DNA of 60,385 nucleotides, the filler included, from Basidiobolus meristosporus CBS 931.73 (Eukaryota; Fungi; Basidiobolomycota), in NCBI GenBank assembly GCA_002104905.1. It is 3 parts of 3 records of this genome, joined end to end, with 100 filler letters (N's around TTAATTAATTAA, not from the genome) between each part and the next. Parts side by side here need not be neighbours in the genome. Positions count along the whole stretch, not along the records: positions 1 to 24,731 come from MCFE01000942.1; positions 24,832 to 49,161 come from MCFE01000950.1; 1 more part is not named here. One strand, given 5' to 3'. The translations under genes were made by a program, and so were the position numbers. The notes beneath the pieces were generated by a model. It had not been told where the DNA came from. It saw nothing but the letters and a program-made list of their open reading frames with translations, and ran no database searches. Below, one piece after another: positions 13,137-25,327 of this stretch. Every line of letters starts with the position of its first letter. Position 1 is the stretch's first letter.

Positions 13137-14859
13137 AATTTCCTCTAGATATGTATCAATCTTGTTATACCATACTCTAGGTGCCTGCTTAAGCCCATAC
13201 AACAATTTCCTAAGTCTGCACACCTTATGGGGGCCTTTTGGGCTGGTAAAACATTCTTGTTGCTCCATGTATATAGTTTCTTGCAAATCCCCATTTAGAA
13301 AGACTGTTTTGACGTCCATTTGGTGTAGATCTAGACTTGTACAGCAGCCAGGGCTAGAACTGTCCTAATGGAGCTAAACTTTGCCACTGGAACAAATGTT
13401 TCCTTAAAGTCTTGTCCCTGGATCTGGGAATATCCTTGAGCCACCAATCTAGCCTTGTACTTATCAACAGTACCATTTGGGGTTATCTTGATCTTGTAGA
13501 CCCATCTACATCCTACTGGCTTTCTCCCATTTGGTAAGTCTATCAGTTCCCACATTTTTGCCTTGATTGGTGGTTGGTACTCCTTGTGGATGGCTTGTTG
13601 CCACATAGTAGCATCTGGACTTTGCATTGCCTGTTTCAGATTCTGAGGTTTGGCACATAAGGCAAAATAAGCTTCTTCATGATCATTGGATATCTGCCAC
13701 CAGGATCCAGGGACATCTCTTATTCTGGTAGATTTCCTAACTGGGATAATCTGCTCTGCTCTGTAAATGGTAGAATTATCTTCTGTATCAGGCTGAATTA
13801 GGTACTTATCTTCTTCATTATTGTTAATTGTATCACCAGGTGGCTGGCCAATGATTTCCGCGGCTTTCTGATCTGAATCCTCCTTAATTACAATGTCCCT
13901 GCTCTTGATCAGTTTCTGAGTTTTGCCATCATACACTTTATACCCTTCAGTATCATCAAAATATCCAAGAACAATCCCTTTTCTACTGTTTGGTTCCAGC
14001 TTTGGGTATTTTTGTCAGAGATGTGATAAAAGACACCACTAGCAAAGATTCTGAGGCTCTGGAGGTCTGGTTTTTTTCCTATATATGCTTCAAAGGGTGT
14101 AGAATCATGGAGTGCTGTTGTTGGGCATCTATTCTTGATAAATACTGCAGTAGCAACAGATTTAGCTCAAAACTTGTGGTCCATTCCCTTATCCTGTAGC
14201 ATTGCACTTCTCATCTTTACTATTATTCTATTTGCACATTCTGCTACTCCATTTTGCTGTGGAGTAAGTGGAACAGTGGCCTGTTGGAGTATACCAGTAG
14301 ATGAGCAGTATTTTGCAAACTCCTTTGAGCAGTTTCCCCTATATTGCCACTTTGAAGTACCATCAGTTCACACCCAGTTTTGTTTCTGCCATTTTCTTGA
14401 TGTGTTTAAACATCTCTAAAGCCTCAGGCCTTGCTTTGAGGAAGTATACCCATGTATATCTTGCCTTGTTATCAATAAACATCATACAGCATATCTTGGC
14501 TCAAAGGACAGTGTTCTCATGGGCCCACATATTTCTGAGTGTACAGTAGCCACCACTTTGGTGGTGTTGATGCCGCCTGAGCTCCTGAAGTATTGCCTAG
14601 CTTGTTTGCCATATGAGCATCCCTTACAGACACTCAATTTGATTGGAATTGAGTAATTTTGGCCTAAAACAGGTTGATTTTTCACCAATTGTCTTATTTT
14701 CTGTTCCCCATTGTGTCCTAGCCTCCTATGCCACGCCTCCCAGTTAGTCTCATCAGTTTCAGCAATGTTGGCATACTCAGGTAAAATGATCTTGCATTGT
14801 AACTTGTATATATTGTGTTTTCTGATTCCCAAAGCTAATTTTTGTCCATTTTGAATCAA
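13137..14859 (-). pseudogene. Copia pre-integrase, integrase and RT N-terminal fragments
   Basis: WHRRLGH...CKGCSYGKQ; KARLVAQGYSQIQGQDFKETF; MDVKTVFLNG; LYGLKQAPRVW. Confidence 0.9.
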
Positions 14860-15985
14860 TATTACTCACAAATAGTGCCTCCTGGGTCAGTTGGCTGTCA
14901 GCACGGTTTCCTGGGAGTGTCCTGTGGTCTAGGGTTGGAAGTTCAGGTAGCAGCAGGTAGCAGTGATCACACTAATCAACAAGTCAGTATATTGATAAAA
15001 GGGATGATGATTTATTGTTGAGGGATAGCCTCCCTTATATATTTTTCTCACTGGCTAAGTGATTACTAATCATGGTGTTCCAGAAGGTTCTGGATATCAA
15101 TAGAAATCTTAATGACATGAGAATGACCTAAGAGTATTCTAAGTGGGTGCTGGAAGGTTCTAAGAGGCACAGCACATCCAACCAATCAGGAATCATTACC
15201 CTGAAACCTGTGTACCATAGGGATACCATATATGGTATGGAAATGGTAGGGATTGTGACACAGGTTGATCATGTTCCATGGGTACTGACACAGGTACTTG
15301 CCTAATATAGAAGCACTTGCTGCTAGTAATCTTACATAAAGTGAGGGATAACCTATGCAATAAGGTAAGCAGGTGTAATAGTGAACCAGCTTAAGGGATA
15401 GTGCTGATCAGATAAGACAAATGGATAAAACTGAAATAAGTGTATCAGAGAAATAGGGAAGTAGAAAATATGGGAATGAGCACATCTGTCAGTGGGTGTC
15501 ACTGTCACCCCACTACAACAGGAATAGTGTTTAAGTTGCCAAACCACTCCATTTTACCCCAAATACACTGTGATGCTCCAGAGTCAATATACTATTCCTT
15601 ACTTTGGTTACTTGCACTCTCTTTTACAGTTACAAATAAATGTTCATCAGTAGTTATATGATTTGCCTGCTCCGGTTTCTGTTTTTGTTTGCTTGTTTCT
15701 TCTTGCATTCTCTTGCCCAGTGTCCTGGCTTCCTACAGTAGGTACAGCAACCAGGTTTTCATTGGTTTTGTTGCCTTCCCTTCTTTGCTGTGTACCTTTC
15801 TGAGCTGAATACAGCATTGTCTTCATTCTTCTCTGCTTGATCATTATGTCTGAGTTCTTTATGCAGAAGTCTTCCTTTGACATAGTCTAAAGTCAAATTG
15901 TGCTATCTGCTTTCAAAAGAAAGTATCAGTGTTTCATACTTGTCTGGTTGGCTGCAAAGCAGACAGAGTATCTTTGCTTCATCAT

Positions 15986-16450
15986 CTAGACCAGCATTAA
16001 TACTGTAAAGTTCTTCTGCAACTGTCTCCATTCTGGTGATGAGTTGTAGCATGTCATCATCTGGCTTCTTCCACATTTTGAAAAACTTTTGCTCAAATAA
16101 AGCTTGCTTGATACTGGCTTTGATCTAAAGATCTTCTCTAAGGATTTCCATGCCGCTTTGGAAGTACTTGAAGCACGGACTTGTACAATGAAAGAATCTA
16201 GCACAATGATACATACAGCATTAGAGGTCTTTCTTGCCTTCTCTTGAAGCTTATCCACTTCTTCTGCTGTTCTGTTAGGCTCAACTCGTTTTCCTGTTAC
16301 TATATTCCAAAGTTTTCTTTCTTCAGTGTGGATCTGCATCTTGACTCTCCAAAGTCTGTGGTACTCCCCATCAAACCTCTCCTTTACAGGGAAGATGTTT
16401 GTATTGTTTTGTTTACTGGTAGAAGTCATCTTTAGAATAGATGAAGGCAA
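15986..16450 (-). pseudogene. gag: Copia gag N-terminal fragment
   Basis: RFDGEYHRLWRVKMQIHTEERKLWNIV, TSKAAWKSLEKIF. Confidence 0.8.
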
Positions 16451-16848
16451 TCAGGGTTCATAACATCCTACAATTTAAGAAATGATTTGGATATAAGGAA
16501 CTTATCAAGAAATAGTGATAATATTTGAACTATGGCTTATTCATAAAGAGGCTCAGTATTTATACATTTGTAGAAGTAATACAGTTGTAACACCAAGTAA
16601 GAAGGGCTTCTCAACATTAAGGTGCATTCTGTAGCAGCTTCAGGGTTAGTATATAATGTTTGGTAAAAGTGTTAATTTGATCTTAACTATAAGGGAATAA
16701 TCATAGGACCATAGATGTGAGGAAAGTGGCAAAATTAGGGCTGTACATTAGTCCTACAATTACCAAGACTAATGCAGAATTGGCAAGTAAATTTTTAGCT
16801 GCTGAATGATACCAAATAGTCCAAAATTTAAACAAGAACTAGGGTGCC

Positions 16849-17565
16849 ATGGCTAAAGACCAGCAGCTTCCTCAAGAGCTCATTGAAAGCAGTGCCAAAA
16901 GGTCCAAACAAGCATCAAAGGGACATCAGGTAGCCGGAAGAGAGCCAATAAGGGACAAGCAGGCAGACACCAATGCTCCAGCACAACATTTATTAAGGAA
17001 AAAGCATAGTACCACTCAAGAAGCGCTCAGTCAAAGTAGCAGTGAAAGACCTGGCAGTGATAAAGGAAAGGTAAAAGGAAAAAGTCTACCCAAGCCTGAG
17101 ACAGGGAAGCATACAAAAAAACTGCGGTTCATGCCAATCAATGTTGTAAGCCCCAAACATACTGAATCTCATTATAGCCAAAAAGAACTACCAACAAGAA
17201 AAGAGATGTTTTCACCGCAGTTGGAAGCTCAGCCAGTTGAGCTAAACTCCAGCAAGGTAGATGAGATTGCAGAGAAAGACTATTTGTCTACCACAGCCTT
17301 CAAATCCTCCATTGTTGACAGAGTGGAGATCCCACTGACAGACAAGGCTACAGTGTCAAGAACTCAAAAGACTATCACAATACCTTTTGTAGAATTTCGG
17401 AACACTAATTGGCACACCAAGAGGTTGCAGCACATCTTCAAGAGCAGTGCTCAAGAAAGTGCACTTGAATATTGCAAGGATTTATTGCAAAGACTGGCAG
17501 ATAAGGTGCCAGACCTTGCAGTGCTGGCTGAAGACCAGGATGTGTGGGAACCAGTGAATAAATAA
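16849..17565 (+). CDS. Hypothetical protein (238 aa), no recognised family
   Basis: ATG-started open frame of 717 bp, K/S/E-rich, CpG-poor like the neighbouring transposons. Confidence 0.3.
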   Translation: MAKDQQLPQELIESSAKRSKQASKGHQVAGREPIRDKQADTNAPAQHLLRKKHSTTQEALSQSSSERPGSDKGKVKGKSLPKPETGKHTKKLRFMPINVVSPKHTESHYSQKELPTRKEMFSPQLEAQPVELNSSKVDEIAEKDYLSTTAFKSSIVDRVEIPLTDKATVSRTQKTITIPFVEFRNTNWHTKRLQHIFKSSAQESALEYCKDLLQRLADKVPDLAVLAEDQDVWEPVNK

Positions 17566-17766
17566 TGGCATGAAGCCATTAGGTTCCAGCCAGAGTCATG
17601 GAAATCAAGTGTTACAGCCAAAATACTTATTGCGTGGTGGATTTTAATGGAGTTACTTGTTGAGTGTGGGGTTGGGTGTAATGTTAGTGTAGGATATAGG
17701 GACTTGTATAGGTCAATACAATTGGCAATTGAGGTACAACTTAAGTTTCAACAGAAATAAATCAAT

Positions 17767-18833
17767 GGACTTGTTCTGTTGGATAGTGCCACATAGTGCC
17801 AGCCTGTTTGTAGTGCCGGATTGATCTGGCACCCTACGGCACTATCTGGCACTATAATTTCTACCATGATGCCAGTGGTATGATACAGTTACTGGAAACT
17901 TTACTCAATCTTACTTATGTTGCTCAGAATAGTGCTTTCCTTGCTTTATTTACTCTTCATAATGCTCCAGACACATTTCTCTCAGTGGATGTCTTCTTGT
18001 CTGAGCATACTGTGCATTAATAAGCATCTTAACTATTTTACCAATACTGCTGTTTTCTCCTATATATGACTTTCCTCTGTATTTACCTGCCAATATGCTG
18101 AATCTCTTCAGATATCCAAATGTGTGCTCTACCCTCACTCTGAAATGAATAAATATCTCATTGTAGAGCTTCTGCTTCCTGCTAAGCACACCATTCCTTG
18201 GCTTCCTTTTATCTGTAATACATCCTAATCTGTGACAATTCTCTCCTATAAAGGCTAAGTCTGCCATACATTTCTCCCCTCTACTGAATTCAGGATGATT
18301 CTCTACCCAGAGTGCTTTTTCATGCCTACTTCCAGCAAATGGCCCACTAAACCAGATGATGTTACCCTTAATGTCAGACAGTGCTTGAAACTTCACACAG
18401 TGTGCCTTTACTTGCCAGAATAAAAGTGTCTCTGCCCTCTAGAAGGTCTGTTAATTCTCACTGGGAAGGTATCCAAAATACTCCTTATGTGGAACCTGTT
18501 GCTGAACACTCTGGGATATGAAAGTCTATTGGAGCTTCTGAACCTAGTATTCCAAGCTTGCTCTAAGTCATTCATACACTCTGCAAGGTGGTTCTCCATT
18601 GCTGTCAGCTGGGAATGAAAGCTTCTAGGACTTTTTTTGCTATGGATAGTGGGATGAAACATTGTGGGGCAATAGTTCTTGTAATAGCAGAGAAGCTTAA
18701 CAAGGGATCTCCTTGAGTAGATTGGGGTAGATGGTGCACAGTACTTGGAATAGATCTCCTCTAGTGTGTCAAAAGAAAATCCAGTGGTAGTGATGGGATT
18801 GATGAGAAAAGACCATTCAGATGAGCAATTCAT
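17767..18833 (-). mobile_element. Second, partial copy of the PHIS/DDE_Tnp_4 transposon, interrupted by a gypsy LTR
   Basis: TIR GGACTTGTTCTGTTG flanked by AAT; ORFs 18408-18833 and 17950-18396 nearly identical to 12071-12870; TGTTATG LTR begins at 18834 immediately before the transposase ATG. Confidence 0.9.
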
Positions 18834-18991
18834 TGTTATGATCTGCTGCTTGAATGTTCAAGTTATATCAGCTTTTAGTCAAACCAATTAGTATATGTTT
18901 AGGTTATCAGTATATCAGTATTATCTATGAAATCAGTAGCATTAGTCAGCAAATGAATCAGCAGATCCTTATCAGACAGAAATAGATATAT
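18834..18991 (+). repeat. First part of the 5' LTR of a plus-strand gypsy-A copy
   Basis: Reverse complement of the right-hand ~158 bp of LTR 18992-19359; continues at 23930. Confidence 0.85.
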
Positions 18992-19369
18992 TGTTACAAG
19001 TCTTGGTATAAGAGTTGTAGAGGAATAGGGAGTTTAGCTAGTATTGTATTCACTAAAACTTGAACTGATTTTTATTGAGGTTCCAGCAGCTCCTTATATA
19101 CATGTTGCCTGATCAATTGCTGACTAATTGTATTTCCTAATGTAGGTTGTGGCTGATGACTCATTTGATTGCATCATCATCACCCAATAAGATCCTACTT
19201 AATATATCTATTTCTGTCTGATAAGGATCTGCTGATTCATTTGCTGACTAATGCTACTGATTTCATAGATAATACTGATATACTGATAACCTAAACATAT
19301 ACTAATTGATTTGACTAAAAACTGATCTAACTTAACCATTCAAGTGGCAGATCATAACATTCTCCCCTA

Positions 19370-22300
19370 CTAAAGTTGAGAGGGTTCTCCTGAATCTCTT
19401 TTCTTGTGATACCAATATCTTGATGGTTCATTATTATCAGCAAGTCTTGCACGCTTGAGTCTGTCCCTATGCACTAAGTCTTCACGGATATTGCCTTGTT
19501 TGTCCACCAGTTGGTAAGTTGCAAATGGACATTCTCTGATGATCTTGAATGGTCCTGTCCATTGTGGCTCAAATTTCTTCCGAGTGTTGTTTCTTAGCAA
19601 TACAAAGTTCCCAACTGTCAATACTTCTGGTGCTATAGTCTTATCAAATCTCTGCTTCATCTTTTCTGCGCTTTGAGATACTTTGGTCTGTGCCTCTTGA
19701 CATCTTTGTTCTAGTTGCTGGTGTCTACTTGGCTGACTGAGTTCATCTTCTAAGGTGTCTGTAAGTTTTGGTTGTGTGAGATCTCCTGGAATCCTTAGTT
19801 CACATCCATACACTAAGTAAAATGGCAATTGCTGGGTGGTGTTGTGTACTCTGACTCTGCATGCAAAGAGTGCTTGGTCTATATACTCATCCCATCTACT
19901 GACAACTCCATTTGCATACTTGGTCAGCATTTTCCCAAATAATCCATTGAACCGCTCAGTGACTCCATTAGTTCTGGGGTGATATGCCGAGGTTTTCAAG
20001 TGTCTGATCTGCTGCATTTCCAGGTAAGCCTCTAATGTCTTTGCCATAAAGTTTGCACCTCTATCAGATAAGATCTCCACAGGGCATCCAAACTTCATCA
20101 GGATCTCATGGTAAATGAAACTTGCAACTTCTTGTTCACTGGCTATTGGTACAGCTTTAGCAACTGGCCATTTAGTGGCATGGTCAATTGCTACTAGGAT
20201 CCAACGGTTGCATTTCCTGGTAGTTGGCAGTCTTCCAATAAAGTCAATTCCCCATCTCTCAAATGGTCTTACAGGCTCCAAAGGGAAGAGTTTGGCAATT
20301 CTTTGTGGCTGACCTTGATTGATTTGGCAGTTTGGGCATGTTTTCACTAGCTTCTCAATATCTTGTTTCATTCTGGGCCACCATGCTCTGGCTTTCACAA
20401 GGCTATAGGTTCCTTCAATCCCAAGATGTCCATATCCATTGTGTAGCTTATTTATTAAATCCAGGCAAGCAACATAAGGACAATAGGCAATAGGGCTTCC
20501 ATCAACAATTTGGTAGAGTGTTTCATCCTGTACAACAAATTTGCTGGCTTCATCACGGATTATCTTCTTGATATCTTCATCCACCTCATTAGGAATGGCT
20601 TGGTCCTCCAAGTACTTTGGTAATAGGCTAGGCCAATCTGATTCATGTACCAAGTTGAGTTGTGCAACTTGATCTAATCTTGATAAGGCATCAGCAACCG
20701 TGTTGTTTTTTCCTTGGCAGTAGACAATCTCCAGGTCAAATTGCTGAATGTATTCACTCCATCTTGTCATTCTTCTAGAGAGTACCTTCTGAGTAAATAT
20801 ATACTTGAGGGAGGCATGATCAGTCTTCACAGTGCATTTGACTCCTTCAATATAGCATCTCCATGTCTTCAAACAGTGTATTATAGCAAGCATCTCCTTC
20901 TCATGGACTGGATAGTTTTGTTCTGCTGAGTTCAGTTTCTTGGATTCAAGGGCAACAGGGTAGTCCTTTCCCTTGTGTTCTTGGCTCAGCACTCCACCAA
21001 TTGCATAATCTGAAGCATCTGTGCACAGAGTGAACTCTTTTCTGAAGTCTGGTATTCTTAGGCTTGGCAGCTTAGCAAGTTCATTCTTGAGCGTCTGGAA
21101 GGCAGTCTCACAAGCTATGTCCCACTTATAGGTATTGTCTTTCTTGAGGATATCAGTTAAAGGGGCTGCAATACTTGCAAAAGACTTGACAAATCTCCGA
21201 TAATAGGAAACCATTCCGAGGAATGATCTGAGTTCTGATATGCTATGGGGTTGCTTCAAATTCTTGATTACTTCCACCTTCTTTGGGTCTAAGGTTACTC
21301 CTGTGCTAGTCACTATGTGTCCCAGGTATTCAACGTGCTCCTTGAAGAATTCACACTTGGCTAGCTTGCCATATAGCTTGTTCTCTCTTAGTTTCTTCAA
21401 GACCTTTTCAATGTGCACTATGTGATCCTCTTCTGTCTTGCTGTATATCAATATGTCATCCAGGTAGATTATCACAAACTTGTCTAAGTACTCCTGAAAG
21501 ACAGTCTGCATCAGCGTCATGAATGTTGCAGGGGCATTAGTGAGGCCAAAACTCATGACTAAGTACTCGTAATGTCCATATCTGGTCCTGAATGCTGTCT
21601 TAGGGATATCTTCTGGTTTCACCCTAATCTGGTTGTATCCTGACATGAGGTCAATCTTGCTGAAAATAGTGGCTCCATTAAGTTGGTCCAAAAGATCATC
21701 AATCCAAGGTATGGGGTACTTATTCTTGACGGTAACTGAGTTCAGGGCTCTGTAGTCAATGCACATCCTAAGTGTTCCATCCTTCTTTTTCACAAAAAGC
21801 ACTGGTGCTCCCCAGGGTGACTTGCTGGGCCTGATGTATCCTTGCTCCAATAGCTGATCAATTTGTCTCTTCATTTCCTCCAGTTCCAATGGACTCATTC
21901 TGTAAGGTGTCTTGCTCACTGGAGGGCTATCTCCTGTGTCTATGGCATGATCCACGTCTCTGACTGGTGGTAGGCTTACAAGCTCATCTGGAAACACGTC
22001 TGAATATTTCTTCAAGAGAGTCTGGACCTGCTGGGGTGCTGGGGTAGAGGAATCCTCCTGTAATACCGCCATGAGGAACATCTGGGTACCTTTTCTAAGT
22101 GCTCTACAGAACTGGGTCTTGCTAAGTTCACTTGTCTCACACACACTGGAATTGACCAAGTTGAAATCCAGCCTGGCAGGTAATAGCTCATAGGTCTTGT
22201 TGTCTTTTTGGATCTGAGTTGCATGGGTTCTCCAGTTGATTGATGGATTACGACAAAATAGCCAGGTTTTCCCAAGTACAAGGTCAAACTTGCAGGTCCC

Positions 22301-22795
22301 AAATATATAAGCCTGTAGGTCTTCTTCACAGTCATTGATCTTCATTCTTACTGGCTGGGTAATACGGTTGATTATGTGGGAGTTCCCATCAGCTGTGGAA
22401 ACTGAAGTTGATTTGGTAGGTTCCGAGTTGATTCCAGCTTTCAAAGCAAATTGCTCTGACATGTACTCATGCGATGCTCCTGAGTCAATCATGATCTTGG
22501 CAGGTACTCCATTGATTACTCCATTCAAGTACAATAACTTCCCTGAGTTTGAAGTCATTTGGGACAAGTACTCTTCTGTCATATGGAAGGTGAGTTCCGA
22601 GTCTTCTTCAAGCTCATCTTCCACATTACTGTGCTCATGGGACTCAATATGGTTGAAGGTTCTTGTTGGCTGGTGTCCATTTCTTCTCTGAGGGCAGTAC
22701 TTTGCAATATGTCCCTGCTGGTGGCAATTGAAGCAAAGTCCTCTCTTCTTGCATTCTTCTGAGGAGGGATTCTTCTGCATAGCGTCTATTTCCAT
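19370..22795 (-). CDS. pol: Gypsy-A pol (CCHC knuckle, protease, RT, RNase H, integrase)
   Basis: [14 protein letters not shown]; MIDSGAS; YLDDILIY; TDASD; HNGYGH...CPNCQ; [19 protein letters not shown]; GPF motif; no chromodomain visible. Confidence 0.97.
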   Translation of the reverse strand: MEIDAMQKNPSSEECKKRGLCFNCHQQGHIAKYCPQRRNGHQPTRTFNHIESHEHSNVEDELEEDSELTFHMTEEYLSQMTSNSGKLLYLNGVINGVPAKIMIDSGASHEYMSEQFALKAGINSEPTKSTSVSTADGNSHIINRITQPVRMKINDCEEDLQAYIFGTCKFDLVLGKTWLFCRNPSINWRTHATQIQKDNKTYELLPARLDFNLVNSSVCETSELSKTQFCRALRKGTQMFLMAVLQEDSSTPAPQQVQTLLKKYSDVFPDELVSLPPVRDVDHAIDTGDSPPVSKTPYRMSPLELEEMKRQIDQLLEQGYIRPSKSPWGAPVLFVKKKDGTLRMCIDYRALNSVTVKNKYPIPWIDDLLDQLNGATIFSKIDLMSGYNQIRVKPEDIPKTAFRTRYGHYEYLVMSFGLTNAPATFMTLMQTVFQEYLDKFVIIYLDDILIYSKTEEDHIVHIEKVLKKLRENKLYGKLAKCEFFKEHVEYLGHIVTSTGVTLDPKKVEVIKNLKQPHSISELRSFLGMVSYYRRFVKSFASIAAPLTDILKKDNTYKWDIACETAFQTLKNELAKLPSLRIPDFRKEFTLCTDASDYAIGGVLSQEHKGKDYPVALESKKLNSAEQNYPVHEKEMLAIIHCLKTWRCYIEGVKCTVKTDHASLKYIFTQKVLSRRMTRWSEYIQQFDLEIVYCQGKNNTVADALSRLDQVAQLNLVHESDWPSLLPKYLEDQAIPNEVDEDIKKIIRDEASKFVVQDETLYQIVDGSPIAYCPYVACLDLINKLHNGYGHLGIEGTYSLVKARAWWPRMKQDIEKLVKTCPNCQINQGQPQRIAKLFPLEPVRPFERWGIDFIGRLPTTRKCNRWILVAIDHATKWPVAKAVPIASEQEVASFIYHEILMKFGCPVEILSDRGANFMAKTLEAYLEMQQIRHLKTSAYHPRTNGVTERFNGLFGKMLTKYANGVVSRWDEYIDQALFACRVRVHNTTQQLPFYLVYGCELRIPGDLTQPKLTDTLEDELSQPSRHQQLEQRCQEAQTKVSQSAEKMKQRFDKTIAPEVLTVGNFVLLRNNTRKKFEPQWTGPFKIIRECPFATYQLVDKQGNIREDLVHRDRLKRARLADNNEPSRYWYHKKRDSGEPSQL

Positions 22796-22807
22796 TGGTA
22801 CTACTTC

Positions 22808-23503
22808 TCATTGTCTTCTTTCATAATGATTATAGCCTTTCTGATTAGTCACTGTAGGCTTCCCAACTCCAAACATAGCTGAGTCATAGTCAATAGCAAT
22901 CTTGATGGCTTCTTCAATAGTCTGAGGTCTTCGGTAATTGACTTCCTTGCGAGTTCTTTCTTTCAACCCATCAATAAAGTATTCAACTTGATCCAAGGGG
23001 TCCATTCTTTCAATTTGTCCAAGTAGACATCTGTACTCATAGATGTATTCTTGCACCATTCCTTTCTGTCTGAGTGTCTTTAACTTCTTTCTTAGTAGTG
23101 TCTGCTGGTGTGGAGGTTCAAAAGCATCCTGAATTTCCGACACAAACTCATCCCAGGTAGAGATTGTAGAGCATCCCATCATAGTGGCTGACCTGATCTT
23201 GTTGTGGTACCACTGTAAAGCTGCATCTGCCAGGTAAGAAGCTGCATAATGCAACTTGCTTTCTGGAGCAATTCCTTTAGCTTTAAAAGCTTCTTCAATC
23301 TGAAAGAGCCAAGTTCCCAGGTTTTCATTGACTCTGCCATGGTACTGGTTGACCTTCACACTAAAGTTGCTCTTGACAGGGCTTTGCTGGCTCTGAGCCA
23401 TGGTAGTCATTCCTTGTTGCTGTTGGCTGAGGATCTGGAGTAACTGTTGCTGTTGGGCCAGGATTTGCTGCATGGCATTCTTCCATTCTTGATTGTCCAA
23501 CAT
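22808..23503 (-). CDS. gag: Gypsy-A gag (retrotransposon capsid)
   Basis: YHGRVNENLGTWLFQIE...YLADAALQWY...LRQKGMVQEYI; ends at a TGA that is in frame with pol. Confidence 0.9.
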   Translation of the reverse strand: MLDNQEWKNAMQQILAQQQQLLQILSQQQQGMTTMAQSQQSPVKSNFSVKVNQYHGRVNENLGTWLFQIEEAFKAKGIAPESKLHYAASYLADAALQWYHNKIRSATMMGCSTISTWDEFVSEIQDAFEPPHQQTLLRKKLKTLRQKGMVQEYIYEYRCLLGQIERMDPLDQVEYFIDGLKERTRKEVNYRRPQTIEEAIKIAIDYDSAMFGVGKPTVTNQKGYNHYERRQ

Positions 23504-23929
23504 CTTGAGGGTGGTTTCTTCTTTCTTCAGGAGGGAGGTTTCTGGTTATCGCTGCTACCAATGTTACAAGTCTTGGTATAAGAGTTGTAGAGGAATAGGG
23601 AGTTTAGCTAGTATTGTATTCACTAAAACTTGAACTGATTTTTATTGAGGTTCCAGCAGCTCCTTATATACATGTTGCCTGATCAATTGCTGACTAATTG
23701 TATTTCCTAATGTAGGTTGTGGCTGATGACTCATTTGATTGCATCATCATCACCCAATAAGATCCTACTTAATATATCTATTTCTGTCTGATAAGGATCT
23801 GCTGATTCATTTGCTGACTAATGCTACTGATTTCATAGATAATACTGTTATACTGATAACCTAAACATATACTAATTGATTTGACTAAAAACTGATCTAA
23901 CTTAACCATTCAAGTGGCAGATCATAACA

Positions 23930-24731
23930 ATATTAAGTAGGATCTTATGGGGTGATGATGATGCAATCAAATTAGTCATCAGCCACAACCTACATTAGGA
24001 AATACAATTAGTCAGCAATTGATCAGGCAACATGTATATAAGGAGCTGCTGGAACCTCAATAAAAATCAGTTCAAGTTTTAGTGAATACAATACTAGCTA
24101 AACTCCCTATTCCTCTACAACTCTTATACCAAGACTTGTAACATTGGTAGCAGCGATAACCAGAAACCTCCCTCCTGAAGAAAGAAGAAACCACCCTCAA
24201 GATGTTGGACAATCAAGAATGGAAGAATGCCATGCAGCAAATCCTGGCCCAACAGCAACAGTTACTCCAGATCCTCAGCCAACAGCAACAAGGAATGACT
24301 ACCATGGCTCAGAGCCAGCAAAGCCCTGTCAAGAGCAACTTTAGTGTGAAGGTCAACCAGTACCATGGCAGAGTCAATGAAAACCTGGGAACTTGGCTCT
24401 TTCAGATTGAAGAAGCTTTTAAAGCTAAAGGAATTGCTCCAGAAAGCAAGTTGCATTATGCAGCTTCCTACCTGGCAGATGCCACTTTACAGTGGTACCA
24501 CAACAAGATCAGGTCAGCCACTATGATGGGATGCTCTACAATCTCTACCTGGGATGAATTTGTGTTGGAAATTCAGGATGCTTTTGAACCTCCACACCAG
24601 CAGACACTACTAAGAAGGAAGTTAAAGACACTCAGACAGAAAGGAATGGTGCAAGAATACATCTATGAGTACAGATATCTACTTGGACAAATTGAAAGAA
24701 TGGACCCCTTGGATCAAGTTGAATACTTTAT
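23930..24731 (+). mobile_element. gag: Gypsy-A sister copy (rest of 5' LTR, PBS, gag), truncated by the assembly gap
   Basis: LTR remainder ending ACTTGTAACA, PBS TGGTAGCAGCG, and gag ORF from 24202 nearly identical to 22808-23503. Confidence 0.9.
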
Positions 24732-24831
24732 NNNNNNNNNNNNNNNNNNNNNNNNNNNNNNNNNNNNNNNNNNNNTTAATTAATTAANNNNNNNNNNNNN
24801 NNNNNNNNNNNNNNNNNNNNNNNNNNNNNNN
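24732..24831. other. Assembly gap with TTAATTAATTAA spacer
   Basis: N-run with a central 12-mer giving stops in all frames; true gap size unknown. Confidence 0.95.
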
Positions 24832-24896
24832 CAAAAAAGCAAATATATATATATATAGATATAGGTATTCATCGTCCAGAATGAGAAAAAGAGAAG

Positions 24897-24968
24897 TGAG
24901 GAGTGCGTGATTTGAACACGCAACCTTTCGCTCTGGAGGCGAACGCGCTACCGTTGCGCCAACCCCCC
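24897..24968 (-). tRNA. tRNA-Trp(CCA)
   Basis: Cloverleaf; anticodon loop CTCCAGA. Confidence 0.92.
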
Positions 24969-25253
24969 ACTTTCCATAGCTTCCCAAGCTTAGTTTGATT
25001 CGTCTTCAACACCACCTTCATATTTGTACTGACCAAATAAATGGGATTAATTTAGGATATCTGCGATAGCTTGTAAATAGTAAAATAATTTTTTGGTAAC
25101 TCTATATGCACATTCTCCCTCGTATTGGTAAGCACCGCACAACATAAGAATTGGATGACACAAAATATGATTGTACTCTCGAAGTTTCCTCACATACAAT
25201 CGCAAGTCACGTATAAAGCAAATTAATGTTAAAAAGCGCTATAAATCAAGCAT

Positions 25254-25327
25254 GTCTTCGTGGTGTAGTTGGTTATCACGTCTGTCTAACACACAGACGG
25301 TCCTCGGTTCGAATCCGAGCGAAGACA
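25254..25327 (+). tRNA. tRNA-Val(AAC)
   Basis: Acceptor GTCTTCG/CGAAGAC; loop CTAACAC; GGTTCGAATCC B-box. Confidence 0.95.

Larger units (their letters stand above)
8230..16834 (-). mobile_element. Old Ty1/copia element with nested insertions
   Basis: Related LTRs at ~8230-8631 and ~16467-16834; PPT GCTGAGGGGGAGTGA next to the 3' LTR; PBS-like GGTTATGAACC remnant at ~16453-16465; gag (15986-16450), protease YIDSGAS (~15580), integrase (13940-14859), RT (13137-13936 and 9282-9698) and RNase H (8797-9153) in copia order. Confidence 0.75.
18992..23929 (-). mobile_element. Ty3/gypsy LTR retrotransposon (gypsy-A), full length and young
   Basis: 368-bp LTRs 18992-19359 and 23562-23929 with one visible mismatch; PBS TGGTAGCAGCG (23550-23560); PPT TAGTAGGGGAGAA; 4-bp TSD ATAT. 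Confidence 0.95.

Noticed and set aside
14896-15260. Possible solo LTR (TG...CA, minus-strand TATA and AATAAA) inside the old copia element
   Set aside because: No TSD and no second copy in the window; boundaries cannot be supported.
1-24731. RIP as the cause of transposon decay
   Set aside because: The depleted dinucleotide appears to be CpG while CpA and TpG remain abundant, which is not the ascomycete RIP signature.
24776-24787. TTAATTAATTAA palindrome (also at 49206-49217)
   Set aside because: Artificial spacer inside assembly gaps.
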